The notes beneath the pieces are model-generated. The model did no database searches. It was not told the DNA's origin and was given only the letters and a program-made list of their open reading frames with translations. Below, piece after piece: positions 62,651-64,000 of a stretch of 64,000 nucleotides of DNA (positions are counted from its first letter, which is position 1; the number at the start of each line of letters is the position of its first letter). The position numbers were made by a program, and so were the translations under genes. This stretch comes from Chlorobium sp. GTDB lineage: Bacteria > Bacteroidota > Chlorobiia > Chlorobiales > Chlorobiaceae. The DNA is taken from assembly GCA_028277485.1 (NCBI GenBank), contig JANQGE010000057.1, positions 5,709-69,708 on the forward strand. Reading direction: 5' to 3'.

Positions 62651-62836
62651 GGTCGATACCGATTCCCCCCGTGAAATCAAACCGGATATTTCACAGGGGC
62701 GACGGCGAACCCCGAAAGAGAAGAGATGGACAAAATGTTTTTCCTTACAACGTGCAACTATGGTAACGAAACGCGAAGGAAGAGGATACTCTATTCGAAA
62801 GGATGCAGCCGAACATGAGTCTGAAAGTAAATGCCG
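62651..62836. repeat. Family B repeat copy with an inserted palindrome
   Basis: GTCGATACCGATT-CCCCGTGAAATC...GATATTTCACAGGGG-CGACGGCGAACCCCGAAAGAGAAGAG...GTAAATGCCG; colinear with 55505-55642. Confidence 0.8.
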
Positions 62837-62894
62837 TCTGAACCCACGCTGAAAAACTTGAAGGTTTTGTTGCTGCCGTCAAGAGAGGGTGCGA

Positions 62895-64000
62895 CTACTC
62901 CGAGTTGTAGAGTGAATTCATTGAGCTGAAAAGTGAATCGATCTCTTTTTCAAAGGTTTTGCTTATAGCTTTCCGTTTCAGTTTGAGTGTTGGTGTCATG
63001 TAGCCGTTTTCAATGGTGAAAGGCTCTTTCATCAGCAGAAACTTCCTTACTTTTTCATGTGCGGCAAGCTGTCTCGATATGTTGCGCAGCAGCGATTCAT
63101 ATATCTTGCGGATCTGCTTATGCTCAATGAGGTCGTTTCTCGCTGCGGCTGAGATCTGTTGTTCATCGGCAAAAGATTCCAGTTCGGAGAAATTGGGCAC
63201 GATAAGGGCGACAAGAAACGGTTTTTTCTCACCGACAACCATTACCTGGTCGACATACTTGTTTTCGGCGATCATCTGTTCGATGGGAAGGGGTGCGATG
63301 TTTTTACCCCCGGATGTTACGATAATATGTTTCTTTCTGTCTGTGATTTTCAGATATCCGTCTTCATCGAGCTCTCCTATGTCGCCTGTGTGGAACCAGC
63401 CGTCGTAGATGACTTCACGGGTTGACTCCTCGTCATTCCAGTAGCCTTTCATGATATTCGGGCCGCGGAACAGTACCTCGCCATCACTGTCGATTGTAAC
63501 GGTGACATTGTCAATGACGGGACCGACGGTTCCGAATTTGATCTTTTCAGGCCGGTTGACATTGGTGACCGGAGATGTTTCGGTAAGCCCGTACCCTTCA
63601 AGTATGGTGATGCCGAGAGCCTGGAAAAATTCCCCCACCTTCTGGGGAAGAGCCGCCCCGCCGGAAACAAAGTAACGAAGATGACCGCCGAACTTGCCAC
63701 GGATCTTGGAGTAGACAAGCTTATCGGCGATTGCATGTTTCATGGAAAGTATCGCCGAAGGTTTTCCGGTCAGCAGTTTTTTGTGGTACTCGATTCCGGT
63801 TGCATGAGCCCAGTTGAAAATCTTTTGTTTTGCCGGGCTTTCATTTTCTATCTGTTTCAAAATGTTGGCTTTTATCCGGTCGAAAAGCCGCGGGACGGTA
63901 AAGATAATGGTGGGTTTGGCTTCGGTGATGTTCAATGATACGGTTTCAACGCTTTCTGCAAGATAAATCTGGGCGCCGCATGCAAAAAGCAGGTAGTAGC
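62895..64000 (-). CDS. fadD: Long-chain fatty acid-CoA ligase (5' part outside the window)
   Basis: [23 protein letters not shown] and [15 protein letters not shown]; frame is open to the window edge. Confidence 0.93.
   Translation of the reverse strand, partial: YYLLFACGAQIYLAESVETVSLNITEAKPTIIFTVPRLFDRIKANILKQIENESPAKQKIFNWAHATGIEYHKKLLTGKPSAILSMKHAIADKLVYSKIRGKFGGHLRYFVSGGAALPQKVGEFFQALGITILEGYGLTETSPVTNVNRPEKIKFGTVGPVIDNVTVTIDSDGEVLFRGPNIMKGYWNDEESTREVIYDGWFHTGDIGELDEDGYLKITDRKKHIIVTSGGKNIAPLPIEQMIAENKYVDQVMVVGEKKPFLVALIVPNFSELESFADEQQISAAARNDLIEHKQIRKIYESLLRNISRQLAAHEKVRKFLLMKEPFTIENGYMTPTLKLKRKAISKTFEKEIDSLFSSMNSLYNSE

Overview
A 64-kb chromosomal segment, most likely from a green sulfur bacterium (Chlorobiaceae; inferred from gene content and protein style, not from a database search). 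Bases 1-20.3 kb form a phosphate-economy region: an HD/Pycsar-TM fusion (cut by the window edge), PAP2 and HAD phosphatases, an SLC13-like permease, a PlsC + FeeM/OlsB-like GNAT acyltransferase pair, a porin, two different Pst ABC systems (one nested inside the other) and two PhoU genes. 20.7-28 kb is accessory: a DoxX / heme-copper-oxidase-I-like / pentapeptide operon, a GT2, a Nif11-type peptide followed by an alpha/beta hydrolase, and a BrnT-like toxin-antitoxin pair. The rest is mostly housekeeping: a large FAD/Fe-S oxidoreductase, AlaC-like aminotransferase, nnr, purL, secA, DHH, pepA, ugd, a TPP-riboswitch thi operon with an internally deleted thi4, RidA, S41 protease, two START proteins, rfaE, ffh-rpsP-rimM-trmD-rplS, an MBL hydrolase, a MutY-like glycosylase without its Fe-S cysteines, and a partial fadD. 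Intergenic DNA carries about 17 full, deleted or single-end copies of a ~142-bp MITE-like element (GGGCACCTCTA...TAGAGGTGCCC), a second dispersed repeat family, short-period repeat patches and a 400-bp C-depleted AT-rich tract. No rRNA, tRNA, CRISPR array or transposase was seen. Best leads: a possibly Pho-regulated phosphorus-free aminolipid operon, the Nif11 peptide + hydrolase locus, the MITE family and the nested Pst cassette.
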